Positions 35,273 through 44,638 of a DNA stretch of 50,707 nt are shown here, piece after piece. The stretch is from Fidelibacterota bacterium (lineage in GTDB: Bacteria > Verrucomicrobiota > Kiritimatiellia > JAIPIQ01). Below the pieces are notes generated by a model. It made no database searches, had not been told where the DNA came from, and saw only the letters and a program-made list of their open reading frames with translations. The DNA lies in NCBI GenBank assembly GCA_021734645.1, contig JAIPIQ010000002.1:1-50707 (forward strand), read 5' to 3'. Made by a program: the position numbers and the translations under genes. The first letter of the stretch is position 1, and every line of letters begins with the position of its first letter.

Positions 35273-37057
35273 TCAGTACTGCATCTCGCGGGCGCGTTCG
35301 GGCTCTGGGAGTGGCGGGGGAAGCTGGATATCGAGGTCCCATTGGATGCCCTGGTTGTCGGTGTACAGGCGGATGGATTTGACCTTGCGGGGGGCTGAGT
35401 AAGCGGCGAAGCAGGCGGCATTGATGTGTTCCGCGAGGTGGGCGGTGAGTCCGCGGGCGCCGGTCTTGCGGGCCATGGCCTGCTCGATCATGAGGCGCTT
35501 GACGGGGGGTGCGATATCGAGGGTCATGCCACTCAGGCGCAATTCGTGTTCGAAACGGCGGATGACATTACGTTCCAGGATTTGCGTCATTTCCTCGAAG
35601 GAAAGCGGGTTGAAGCGGGCGATGAGGGCGATGCGGCCGAGAATCTCGCTCATCAGGCCGTATTTGCGGAGCGCCTCGAGGTCGTCGTCGGCCGTGGCAG
35701 GCCGGGGCGCGCTGTTGAAGCCGATGGCTGCCGCCGAGGTTTGCCGGGTGGCTTCCCAGCCGCTGAAGGTTCCGCAGCAGAGGAACAAGACATTGGCGGT
35801 GCGCAGGTGTTTGCGGGTTCCCCGGCGCGAGCCTTCATGGGGCCCATGGAAGAAGTCCAGCACGGCGTCCTCTTCCATGACCTTGAGCAGGCTCCGCTGG
35901 GCCCCGAAGCGCGCGGCCTCATGGCGGGGTGATAGGCTGTTCCGGGTCTCGGTCGAGGCGGCCAGTTTATCGAACTCGTCAATGATACAGACGCCGCACT
36001 CGGCCCAGGGCAGGTTGCCCCTGGTGGCCGCAAACAACTGGGTACCAATCAGGGCGGAGTCTTCCCCCACGTAGCCGGTTTCCGTGAGGGTGGTGGCGTC
36101 TATCAGGGCCAGGGGCAGCCCGAGGATTTCTCGGAACAGGGTCTGGGCCAGGCACGTCTTGCCGGTACCGGTGGGGCCAATGAACAGGCAGTTGTCACGC
36201 GGCGGAATGTCGCGCGGATTGACGTCCTCCAAAAAAATGCGCTTGAGACGCTGAATATGCCGGAAGGCAGCCAGACAAATCATCTGGCGGGCCGAATCCT
36301 GACCGACATACCCCCGGCGGGCGACTTCATCATACAGCTCCCGCGGAGTGGTTTGCGGCAGCGCGGCCAGAAACTCCCGGACCGGCGGATGTTCACATTT
36401 TTCCTTGCGCGCAGGGGGGGGGGCTTCCTCGTGGACGTCGTCGTCGGAGTCTTCAGAGGGCGAGTCGTCGTGAATCGCAGGCAGCGCGGGACGCGACCAG
36501 CGCTGAAGCGATTGGCCCAGGACCAGGTTGTCTGGCGTCAGTTCCAGCGCCCCGATTCTGAGCAGTTGGGCGATGATCCGGCGGGCCATGAGTACACCCT
36601 CGAGCGCCCGCTCGGAGAAATGGCAACTGGCCATGCGCGCGATATGGTCGGGCGACGTGCCGCTGTGCTTCAGCAAGCCGTCGCAGAAACCCACGAGCGC
36701 CAGCACCGCCAGATGCCCCGGAAGCGGACGACGCCCCCCCGCGCGCTTGATTACGCGGCGCAACGGACCGCAGTGGGCGTCGGATGGCACCATCTGCAGC
36801 ACCCGTTTCATCTGCCGGTCCACCTCTTCAATCGGGTCGCCCGGCAGATCCTGCCAAGCCTCAACATAGTGTGAATCCTTGCACCGCACGCGGTACAACC
36901 GGAACATCGCTTCCCCCAGCGCCAGAAACTGCATCACGCACGCATCCTGGGCCGTCATGACACCCGCGCCCGCCCCCACATCCCGCGCCCCCCCGCGCCG
37001 CACCGTCACGCCACGCCCCACCACCGCCCCCATTTCATCCTGCGCCTCTGTATCCAT
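35273..37057 (-). CDS. ClpX-family AAA+ unfoldase paralog with a non-canonical ~225-aa N-terminal region (no zinc-binding domain)
   Basis: Start at ATG 37057 (MDTEAQ), with AAGGAG upstream. The AAA+ module includes LPQTTPRELYDEV..YVGQDSA, Walker A GPTGTGKT, pore loop TGYVGED, Walker B CIIDEFDK, AAIGFNS at the IGF-loop position, LGRIALIARFNPLSFEEMTQIL and AMARKTGARGL. Confidence 0.85.
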   Translation of the reverse strand: MDTEAQDEMGAVVGRGVTVRRGGARDVGAGAGVMTAQDACVMQFLALGEAMFRLYRVRCKDSHYVEAWQDLPGDPIEEVDRQMKRVLQMVPSDAHCGPLRRVIKRAGGRRPLPGHLAVLALVGFCDGLLKHSGTSPDHIARMASCHFSERALEGVLMARRIIAQLLRIGALELTPDNLVLGQSLQRWSRPALPAIHDDSPSEDSDDDVHEEAPPPARKEKCEHPPVREFLAALPQTTPRELYDEVARRGYVGQDSARQMICLAAFRHIQRLKRIFLEDVNPRDIPPRDNCLFIGPTGTGKTCLAQTLFREILGLPLALIDATTLTETGYVGEDSALIGTQLFAATRGNLPWAECGVCIIDEFDKLAASTETRNSLSPRHEAARFGAQRSLLKVMEEDAVLDFFHGPHEGSRRGTRKHLRTANVLFLCCGTFSGWEATRQTSAAAIGFNSAPRPATADDDLEALRKYGLMSEILGRIALIARFNPLSFEEMTQILERNVIRRFEHELRLSGMTLDIAPPVKRLMIEQAMARKTGARGLTAHLAEHINAACFAAYSAPRKVKSIRLYTDNQGIQWDLDIQLPPPLPEPERAREMQY

Positions 37058-37197
37058 AACGACTCCACTCCTTTTCCCGCACAGTCTACTACACCACCCT
37101 GTCACCTGATGTCCTACGGCAAATCTCCCAGCCACCCGCGCCAAAGCCTGCAACCGGACGGTTCGTCGCCAGATCACACTACATCTTGGCGCGAGCC

Positions 37198-37725
37198 CTA
37201 TTCGTCTTTGTCATCCCACCAATCAGCTTCCCAAAGAGTGGCCGTCCGATAGCCCTCAGCCCGCGCGCGCGCCTCGATTCTTCCGAGAATTTCCTGCATC
37301 TGATCCCGGGTTTCGATCTGCTTGAACCCAACCGGCGCATCAACGCCAACCGCTCTCATCACTTTCCCGTCTATCGGAGGAAACAACGGCATCTTCCCGG
37401 GCTGTCCCATCAGCCACAGGTACTTGAGGTAGAGACTGACGCATTTCTGGGCCACCCCCAGCGTGATCATCCCCGGGTTGAGAATCTGGGAGTGGGTTTT
37501 GTTGATGGCGTCACGCAGACGCTCAATCTCGCCGTAGTAGCTGTCTGCATCGTATACCCAATGAATATAGCGACGCCCCAGGGCGGAAAGCCAAACCTTC
37601 AGGTCGCTTTTCAGCTCATTCCGCAGCGCAATATCCACGTCGCGACGATATACCGGCGTTCCCCGCTGCAACGCTGCATTCACGGAGTTTCTTAACGCCA
37701 TGTTTTCAATAAACGGGTGCAACAT
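37198..37725 (-). CDS. Hypothetical protein, paralog of 42455-43012 (possible HhH/OGG-like fold)
   Basis: 175 aa. AAAGGAG lies 9 nt upstream. Blocks shared with the paralog are YRR, I..LRD..N, AQK.(V/I)S..LK.LW.M, P.D and a W-containing tail. It lies directly upstream of, and co-oriented with, the ClpX-like gene. Confidence 0.6.
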   Translation of the reverse strand: MLHPFIENMALRNSVNAALQRGTPVYRRDVDIALRNELKSDLKVWLSALGRRYIHWVYDADSYYGEIERLRDAINKTHSQILNPGMITLGVAQKCVSLYLKYLWLMGQPGKMPLFPPIDGKVMRAVGVDAPVGFKQIETRDQMQEILGRIEARARAEGYRTATLWEADWWDDKDE

Positions 37726-37938
37726 AAGCTCATGCTCCTTTCCCTTTTCTTACAGCATGAACCTTCGCTATGACAGGCGGTGTCCTGGCGGCTTTCTTAA
37801 ACTATAAGCCTCCGGCGCCCAAAGACTTTTTCTTCCCCCGCTGACACGCCTTGTCAGGGTGGTGGATTAGGCTGGTTTCGGATTGCGCGGGTCGGCGTCC
37901 GCGGGTAACGTGGCGGTATTGAAGATCAGGAGTGTAAG

Positions 37939-40599
37939 ATGCCCTATAGATGGCCCCAGAAGGTGGAACGGTATCGCATCGTTTGTCCTTTTCAGCGGTT
38001 CCTGGTGGCGAAATACGAAGCGGTGATTCAGTGGCATGAGGGGCAGATCGAGTCGCCCGAGGCGCTGGATGCGCACATTCGCGAGGTCATGCTGCCGAAA
38101 CTCCAGCGCTGTATCACGCCGGGGGATAATAAGAGCCATTATTGCCGGTCCATCAATCTCGAGCACATGCTGGCGAATCCCGCGCCACACATCGAGGAGG
38201 CTCGGCAGCTCAAGGCCCGGCAGGGGGAGGATGCCGCCCGGCAGTTCCTGATCCGGCATATCAACGGGCAGAAGCGGGAGATATTCGATGGATGGTGGCG
38301 GTATGTGACGGAGGGGAACCCAGTCTATGCCGAGGCGCCCGCGTTTCAATATCTGGTCCTGCGGCCCGTGCTTGAGACCTCCAACGCAAAGTGCACGCGT
38401 TCGCCGGTGCCGGTGGACGCCGAAGCGCTGGCGGCGCTGTATGACGGCATCCGGGACGAAGAAATCACGCCGAACGACAGCCTTGTGCGCAAGTTGTGCG
38501 AGTTTATGGCTTTCGAGCGCCAGGCGGCGGGCTCCGCACCTGCTTTCGGCACCGCCTGCGGGTGGGTCACCATCACCCGAGACCAAGCGAAAGCGGCCGA
38601 ACGTGTCGCGGCCCTCTCCCAGGGTAGCGGCTGGTGCGTGGCTTCAAGCAACATGGCCGCGTCCTACTTGCGTTCATCCGACTTCCACCTGCTGGTGGAA
38701 GGCGGGCGGGCCAAGGCCGCTATCCGGATATCGGGGAATAGCGCCGTGGAAATCCAAGGCCCCGGCAACCGCGATCCGGGACTCTGGTGGCCGCGCATCC
38801 AGCTCTATCTCAATGCCCGGGCCGTGAAGATGATTAGCCATCGATGCCGCGAAGCCCTCGCGGGAGGCAACAGGTACCGAAATCAACTGGCCGCCATCCA
38901 GACGCTCAGGGCGCTTGCCGACCACCTGAAGATGCATCCCGCCCAGGTGCAGTTCCTGCCCGAGGACGTCAACCACGATGAAGCCTACCGCCCCATCATC
39001 GAAACCGCCTGGCGCGCCTGCATCTTGGCCGACCCCGTCTGTCTCGCCCTGGCGCCTGCCTGGATGCCGCGCGATGAACAACTTATGGCCCAGGTGCTGG
39101 CCGGCTGGCGCAATCTGCTTAACCTCGACCCGCCGGCTATCCTGCGCATGCCGGCCGACCTGCAGCAGCGCCCTGACTTTCAGGCCGCCCGCCTGCAGGG
39201 GTGGATGGAGCTGATCGGGCGGGATCCCGAGCATTTCCGCCAATGCCCGGCGGAACTGAGAAACGATCCCGAAATCCTCGCCGCCCACAAGCAGGGGTTG
39301 ATGGTTCTAATCAAGCGTAATCCTGAGAAGTTCGATCAGTGTCCGGCGGAACTGAGAAACGATCCCGAAATCATCGTCGCCCGCAAGCAGGGGTGGATGG
39401 ATCTGCTCATACGTGAGCCGGCAATGTATGCTAAATGCCCGGATGATGTAAGGCTGGATTCGGATGTGGAGAGGGCGCTCAAGACACACTGGACAAAACA
39501 GCTCAAGGCGGATGCTTCCCGCGTTTTGTTCACAGGCTATCCCGAAAGAATAACTCGCCATGTGCTAGAGGAACTTTATCCAGCGGCCTCGTACCGTGAC
39601 TGCTGCGCCAGAAGAATCAAAGAGAACCCGAAAATCATCTATCGTATTCCCAAATGGGTTAAATCCCTGCCGGGTATTTTAGAGCTGATTGAACAGGGCC
39701 GGCAGTTATGGCCTGCTGCCTGGGCCAAGCAGAAAAAGGGGATCGGCTCTGATAAGACCATTCGCTTCTATAACAGGCTTCCCGCCGGCGTCAGGAACAC
39801 CCCGGAAATCCAACGCCAATACCGAGAAAACTGGCTGGCTCGTCTGCGCCGCTTTCCCGGCTCGATACCCGCCAGATGCCCGCCAGAGTTTCTGCAGGAT
39901 CCGGATTTCATAAAACAACTGCAGGATTGTATCACCGAGTATCTTCGTTCTCCGCAAGGGAGAAGAGTTCGCCTTCCGCGCTTACGTAAAGAGTGGCAAG
40001 CCAGTGAGGGGGATGTCCGGATTCCGCTGCTAATGCAGTTGCTTGATGATATTGAGGCAGGCCGCATGCCGTGTACAGGGGCGGTAGATCTTGCTTCCAT
40101 AGACTGGAATGCGGCCTCGGCGGAAGAGAAGGCCGCAGTGCGCGAGGTACTGAACAGGGATCCGGCGCGCATGGAAGGAGCATCGGCATCAGTGCAGGGC
40201 GACCCAGAAATGCGTGCCGTGGTTTTCAAGGCTTGGCTGGCCAAGGCCAAGCTTATGGCAGACGCGGATGGAATTCCCAGCAAGATCTTGCGTGAGCCCG
40301 CATTTCGGGACAAGCTCGTAAAGCATTGGAAGACATCCAGGGATTTGTCCTGGGAAGACTGGATGAAGTGCCCGGACTTTGTGAGGGCCGATTCCGAGGT
40401 GGCGTGGCGCGCGGTGGTACCGCTGACCAAGGCGTTGCGGACGAATCCTCGGGTCTGGGGACAGGTCCAATCGCCCTGGCGCGAGATGGAGACGCTGCGG
40501 CGCGAGGCCGCGGAGAACTGGGTTGCCACGCCGTCCTGCGACGGGCAGCCGCCGCCGGAGGACATTGCGGGGCTGGTTGCCGAGCTGCTGGCGGAGTGA
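37939..40599 (+). CDS. Large PcfJ-like domain protein with C-terminal array of ~32-aa CP..L(R/K)..PE(I/F)..A...GW repeats (DUF4116-like)
   Basis: 886 aa, with AGGAG upstream. The central block GWCVASSNMAASYLRSSDFHLLVEGGRAKAAIRISGNSAVEIQGPGNRDPGLWWPRIQLYLNA is conserved in the two paralogs at 45377 and 47780 and resembles the PcfJ signature (C....Y......(x)..EI.G..N). At least 6 tandem repeats follow. The PcfJ and DUF4116 labels come from memory of family patterns. Confidence 0.6.
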   Translation: MPYRWPQKVERYRIVCPFQRFLVAKYEAVIQWHEGQIESPEALDAHIREVMLPKLQRCITPGDNKSHYCRSINLEHMLANPAPHIEEARQLKARQGEDAARQFLIRHINGQKREIFDGWWRYVTEGNPVYAEAPAFQYLVLRPVLETSNAKCTRSPVPVDAEALAALYDGIRDEEITPNDSLVRKLCEFMAFERQAAGSAPAFGTACGWVTITRDQAKAAERVAALSQGSGWCVASSNMAASYLRSSDFHLLVEGGRAKAAIRISGNSAVEIQGPGNRDPGLWWPRIQLYLNARAVKMISHRCREALAGGNRYRNQLAAIQTLRALADHLKMHPAQVQFLPEDVNHDEAYRPIIETAWRACILADPVCLALAPAWMPRDEQLMAQVLAGWRNLLNLDPPAILRMPADLQQRPDFQAARLQGWMELIGRDPEHFRQCPAELRNDPEILAAHKQGLMVLIKRNPEKFDQCPAELRNDPEIIVARKQGWMDLLIREPAMYAKCPDDVRLDSDVERALKTHWTKQLKADASRVLFTGYPERITRHVLEELYPAASYRDCCARRIKENPKIIYRIPKWVKSLPGILELIEQGRQLWPAAWAKQKKGIGSDKTIRFYNRLPAGVRNTPEIQRQYRENWLARLRRFPGSIPARCPPEFLQDPDFIKQLQDCITEYLRSPQGRRVRLPRLRKEWQASEGDVRIPLLMQLLDDIEAGRMPCTGAVDLASIDWNAASAEEKAAVREVLNRDPARMEGASASVQGDPEMRAVVFKAWLAKAKLMADADGIPSKILREPAFRDKLVKHWKTSRDLSWEDWMKCPDFVRADSEVAWRAVVPLTKALRTNPRVWGQVQSPWREMETLRREAAENWVATPSCDGQPPPEDIAGLVAELLAE
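39244..39400 (+). repeat. Near-identical 96-bp-period internal duplication within the repeat array
   Basis: 39244-39304 versus 39340-39400 show 5 differences in 61 nt by manual alignment. They encode CPAELRNDPEILAAHKQGLM and CPAELRNDPEIIVARKQGWM. Confidence 0.85.
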
Positions 40600-40779
40600 G
40601 CGGGTGCGGCATGGTCCTTTTCCCGCTGTCGGACGACACGGAGGCCGTCCCTCCAAATAGCCAGACACCATGACATCCATTGGCAGCGCCCCGCAGTAAA
40701 CTTCAGAAAAATACTGACCGACCCCCTCGCGACGGGTTATCGTTGAGCCGAAGATAGGTCCACAATTGGAGGATGAAGC

Positions 40780-41472
40780 ATGTGCATGCCCGACATACTG
40801 CAAGAGGAAGCAACGCGCATCAGGGGACTCGACGTTGACCACCAAGAAATACTGTTTGATCGCAATAGCTGGAGAAAACATATCCCCGATCTTGACGACC
40901 TGCTTGCCGGAATCCCCGGTGATCTCATTTCCCGTCACACAATGTACGGCATTGCCCCAAACGACCCGCCGCTGCCGGCACCTTGTACGCCAGCCCGGCA
41001 GGCGGATCTCCGCCGGTTCTTCATCCTGGTCATGATCTGGGGTTACGGGAATGTGGGCACAGGCCCTTGGAGAGTGAGCCAGATGATCGCCTCTCCCCGT
41101 TTCCCAGAAATCCTCTGCCGTGTAAGTGAAGAATGCTTTTGCGGCTTCTTCCTGAAGGCGTACGACACGTTGATCTCCAACATCAAATGGCTCGGCCCAG
41201 CTTTCGCATCCAAGTACCTGTACTATTTCTGCCGGAAAGTTCCAGCCCATGTCAAGCCCCTGATCTGTGACCGCGTCGTTCTTCGCGCCATGCGCACCTT
41301 CGACTGGCCAGCGTGGTGTGTGAACTACATTGCTGATGGGAACACACCGCGCCGTCAAGCTCACGCATATGGCCAGTACCTCATCCTCATGCATAACTGG
41401 GCGCATGCACTGGGTTGCCGTCCAGACCAGCTCGAGTACTTCCTTTGGAGAAGAGGAACAGAAGCAATCTGA
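40780..41472 (+). CDS. OGG-fold (8-oxoguanine DNA glycosylase-like fold) family protein
   Basis: 230 aa, with GGAGGA 7 nt upstream. The pattern VMIWGYGNVGTGPWRV.....L.GPAFASKYLYYFC......PLICDRVV is what I recognise as the '8-oxoguanine DNA glycosylase OGG fold protein' family. No catalytic assignment is possible. Confidence 0.5.
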   Translation: MCMPDILQEEATRIRGLDVDHQEILFDRNSWRKHIPDLDDLLAGIPGDLISRHTMYGIAPNDPPLPAPCTPARQADLRRFFILVMIWGYGNVGTGPWRVSQMIASPRFPEILCRVSEECFCGFFLKAYDTLISNIKWLGPAFASKYLYYFCRKVPAHVKPLICDRVVLRAMRTFDWPAWCVNYIADGNTPRRQAHAYGQYLILMHNWAHALGCRPDQLEYFLWRRGTEAI

Positions 41473-41490
41473 GCCGAAAAGAGGTCCACA

Positions 41491-42399
41491 ATGACAATTG
41501 AACAACTGCTGGCGCTGTTTCCCGATTTGCGCGAATATCTCTTGATAGACGGAAGTCCTGTTGCACTGCCGCATGATCATGACAGGCCGAATCCAAAGTA
41601 TTCCGCGGAGATGTTTCGTTTGCAATCACCGCTTAGAACCTGCTGGTACGGCTCCGCTGGGATGGACATAGCGCCCTGCGCGTTCTTCGGCAGCTATCTT
41701 ATGGAATGCATCCTCCCACAAGAAGGGGACAACCGCGTGTTTCGTATTGCTCAACCATTCGATAGAAGGAAGATCGAGGGGCTGGTGGGTGGCGAAGTGA
41801 ACGTCTTCTTCTACACGGATGCCCAGTATGTTATTGGGAGAAGAAGCTGTAAATGGTGCGGCCATAATTTCACAGCAGATGACGATTGGCCGGTTCTCCA
41901 AGTTGACTTTCAGTGCCTTAAATTCAAACCACATCGTGATTGGCCGTGTGCCCAAATAGACATTCAGGGAAAATGCGAAGCCCTCATTTATGGCCTTTGC
42001 GCACCCGAGGCGATCATAGTCTTCATCAAAACCACAGATGAGGACTTTGAACAGACACTCGTCGAAAAAGGCATGACCATTGATATAGCCTGCCATGCCG
42101 GCGGTATGGCCGGTCCTGGCCCTCGAAGACTCCAGAATCTTGGCTGTCGGTTCGCCTTGGGTCAGACGCCTTTGGCTTTTGTGCATGGGCGTGGCTATCT
42201 TTCCCCCGCCGGGCATTACGATAACCACGAAGATGCATCCATCATCCCGTTTACCACGGAGCCAATTCATCGTCTAAATTGGGGATTCTGCGGATATGGC
42301 GGATGTGATTTGCAACGCGTGAACAACGCAGCAGCATATTCACCGTCGAAACTGAGGAAATTGTTGGAGTCCTTGAAAGACGGTGCGATCCGACGATGA
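41491..42399 (+). CDS. Hypothetical protein
   Basis: 302 aa, with AGAGG upstream and normal composition. It starts 18 bp after the previous gene. No family is recognised (motifs CWYGSAGMDIAP and FFYTDAQY). Confidence 0.6.
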   Translation: MTIEQLLALFPDLREYLLIDGSPVALPHDHDRPNPKYSAEMFRLQSPLRTCWYGSAGMDIAPCAFFGSYLMECILPQEGDNRVFRIAQPFDRRKIEGLVGGEVNVFFYTDAQYVIGRRSCKWCGHNFTADDDWPVLQVDFQCLKFKPHRDWPCAQIDIQGKCEALIYGLCAPEAIIVFIKTTDEDFEQTLVEKGMTIDIACHAGGMAGPGPRRLQNLGCRFALGQTPLAFVHGRGYLSPAGHYDNHEDASIIPFTTEPIHRLNWGFCGYGGCDLQRVNNAAAYSPSKLRKLLESLKDGAIRR

Positions 42400-42454
42400 G
42401 AAGACCCTCATGCCAAGACCATAGATTGAAGCACTTCCTTTTCCGGATAGCACG

Positions 42455-43012
42455 CTATATCCTAAACTTATCTAATTCCCATTCAGCAAGTGCTTTCCTG
42501 TCGTCCCCCTTAGCTCTGATCAGGTGAGCAATCTTTTCGCGATGGTCAGCGAGCGAGTTGACGTAACCCCACTTGGTGTCTGGATAGCGCTTGCCGGCGG
42601 CCTTAAGAATTCTACTATCTACTGGACATTGAGGTGGAGTTGCCACGTCGTTCATGCACCAAAGGTGCTTGAGGAAGACCGAAATGCTCTTCTGCGCATG
42701 CGAAATGCGAAATCCTGGGTCAGTATGGTATCTCTCGTGCGGCTGTGAATAGAAAGCATCTGAAAACTCGCGATTCATGTTATCTCGGAGCGTTTGGATG
42801 TCGTTTTCATAAGTATCGACAGCCTGGGGAATTCTGTAACGCTTCGCTATCTCCACAAGGCATTCTTTCCATGCCGCTATTACATCAGCCTTGCGCGCCG
42901 TGGAAAGTCCCCGCCTATAAAGCGAGTTGTGCTGCACTGCCGCCATAATCGCACTCGATAGGGCTTTGTCGCGGGTCCTCATGGGGTTGTATTTGTTGAG
43001 AAATTCAATCAT
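42455..43012 (-). CDS. Hypothetical protein, paralog of 37198-37725
   Basis: Start moved to ATG 43012 (MIEFLNKY), which has AGAGGGA upstream. The ATG at 43063 lies only ~9 nt from the predicted -10. It shares the AQKSISVFLKHLWCM...CPVD block with the 175-aa paralog. Confidence 0.6.
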   Translation of the reverse strand: MIEFLNKYNPMRTRDKALSSAIMAAVQHNSLYRRGLSTARKADVIAAWKECLVEIAKRYRIPQAVDTYENDIQTLRDNMNREFSDAFYSQPHERYHTDPGFRISHAQKSISVFLKHLWCMNDVATPPQCPVDSRILKAAGKRYPDTKWGYVNSLADHREKIAHLIRAKGDDRKALAEWELDKFRI

Positions 43013-43071
43013 TGTTCCCTCTCTGTGCGAAATAGCTAGTGCTTTATTGGATTGTTTTATCATTAAGGAAG

Positions 43072-43100
43072 AATCTAGGACAACTCGGAGAAAATGTCAA
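43072..43100 (-). promoter_or_regulatory. Sigma70-like promoter for 42455-43012
   Basis: On the minus strand, TTGACA (43100-43095), a 17-nt spacer and TAGATT (43077-43072). Confidence 0.5.
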
Positions 43101-43110
43101 GAATATTAGC

Positions 43111-43155
43111 AACTACCCAGGTGCCCGCCCGCTGCGGGCGGGCACCTGAGTAGTT
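43111..43155 (-). terminator. Strong hairpin downstream of the ankyrin gene (intrinsic terminator candidate)
   Basis: AACTACcCAGGTGCCCGCCCGctgCGGGCGGGCACCTGaGTAGTT has a 14-bp perfect GC-rich stem extended by 6 bp. On the minus strand it is followed by an A/T-rich tract (GCTAATATTCTT). Confidence 0.6.
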
Positions 43156-43244
43156 ACACGCCATCAAAAAGACCAGAAGCCCCTGAGGAAAAATGGCCCG
43201 AAATAGCCCGCCAGATTTTTGATCGCATGCACCAGATGCACGAC

Positions 43245-44552
43245 CTAATCTCGCCTATTTTCATCTGATTCAGGCGCCGCCGGTCGGCGGTCCATGTTCG
43301 TCTGCTCCTGCAAGAGCTGAACAAGGGCATGATAGTTCCTGCTCTCAGCAAGGTCCAACGCGGTCAGTCCGTCATTATTGTGCGCGCTCAGATTTGCGCC
43401 ACATTCGATCAAATACTTTACGCCACCTTCATAATTATGAACGACCGCCTCCATAAGAGCAGTGATCTCGTCTTTGCTAGGTTTGTCCACCTACGCGCCC
43501 GCCTGGATCAAGGCGCGCATGATCGGGATGGGCCTGCAAGCGGCACAAACTCCCATCAGGACGGTTCGGCCTTTGCCATCAGCCGCATTCACATCAGCGC
43601 CCGCCGCGATCAGAGCGTTGATGACGTCAAGATTGTTTTCCTCGCACGCAAACATCAGCGCAGTCACCCCTGATACATCGGTCGCATTCACCTGGGCGCC
43701 TGCTGCAATCAATGTGTCAATGATTTGTGAGTTAGGGTTGCGGGTGGCCGCGCTCATCAGCGGCGTGAATCCACAAATGCTGTGTTCGTTGGGATCAAAG
43801 CCGGACTCGACAAGCCTTTGGATACATTCGGGGTCACTCACTCTCGGCAGGTAGTCTTGCAGGAGCTCGTCCAAGTCAAGGCGGGTTTCCGCCTCGTCTC
43901 CGGCCGAAGCATTGGCGTCCCAAAAGACTTCATCGTCAGTCAGGCGCACATCGCTTCTGCCCGGGGTGAGGGAGCCATCCGTTGAGACGCGTGTCCAGGG
44001 GAGCTCAATGTCGCCGTCGAACGGCGATCCGAGAAAGGGTAATCCATAGAGCAGGCTGGTATCTTCGATGACCATATCGCCATGAAAGTCAGTCCAGGCC
44101 TCAGCGGACTCGAATGCCGAAATGCATTTCTCGAGACCCTCTGACAGCATGGCGCTGTCCTTCTCGCGGGGCAGCGCCCAAAAGGCGTAAAGGTCAATTT
44201 CGAGGAATCGGGCGCCGCAATTCTCGACCGCCTTTAGGAACAGGTCCACATACGGCCACAATTGCGGATGAACGTGCGGCCGGATGACGGGGAGGCGCTG
44301 CTGGAAGTATTGGCGGGCCGCTTCCAGGGGCGTGTGCATCGCGGGGATCGGGACCTTGGGGGTGTCCTCCTCCCAGCTGTCGGAGGGGACAAGCACTTCC
44401 TTGATGTGTTCCTTGCCAAAAAGTGCCATCCAAAGGATGGGAATTGGGTCGGAATCCACCTCAAATCCCATTCCAAGTTGATAGGGCGCCTCCGCCAGCC
44501 AGCCGATTGGCTGCGGCTCGTTGTGCGCTTTCAAGAAACTCCGGTCACCCAT
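43245..44552 (-). pseudogene. Ankyrin-repeat protein with unknown ~240-aa N-terminal domain, interrupted by one in-frame TAG
   Basis: ORFs 43491-44552 and 43245-43490 are in the same frame and separated only by TAG (plus-strand CTA, 43491-43493). The join reads ...MRALIQAGA*VDKPSKDEITALMEAVVHNYEGGVKYLIECGANL, which falls exactly inside an ANK repeat. Confidence 0.6.
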
Positions 44553-44638
44553 GATGCGTTCCCTTTAATCCAGCTACACCTGCAACGGCTATTTTGTCTC
44601 CCCACGGGCAGGGCCGCACAAGGGGTTTTGCAAGCGCC

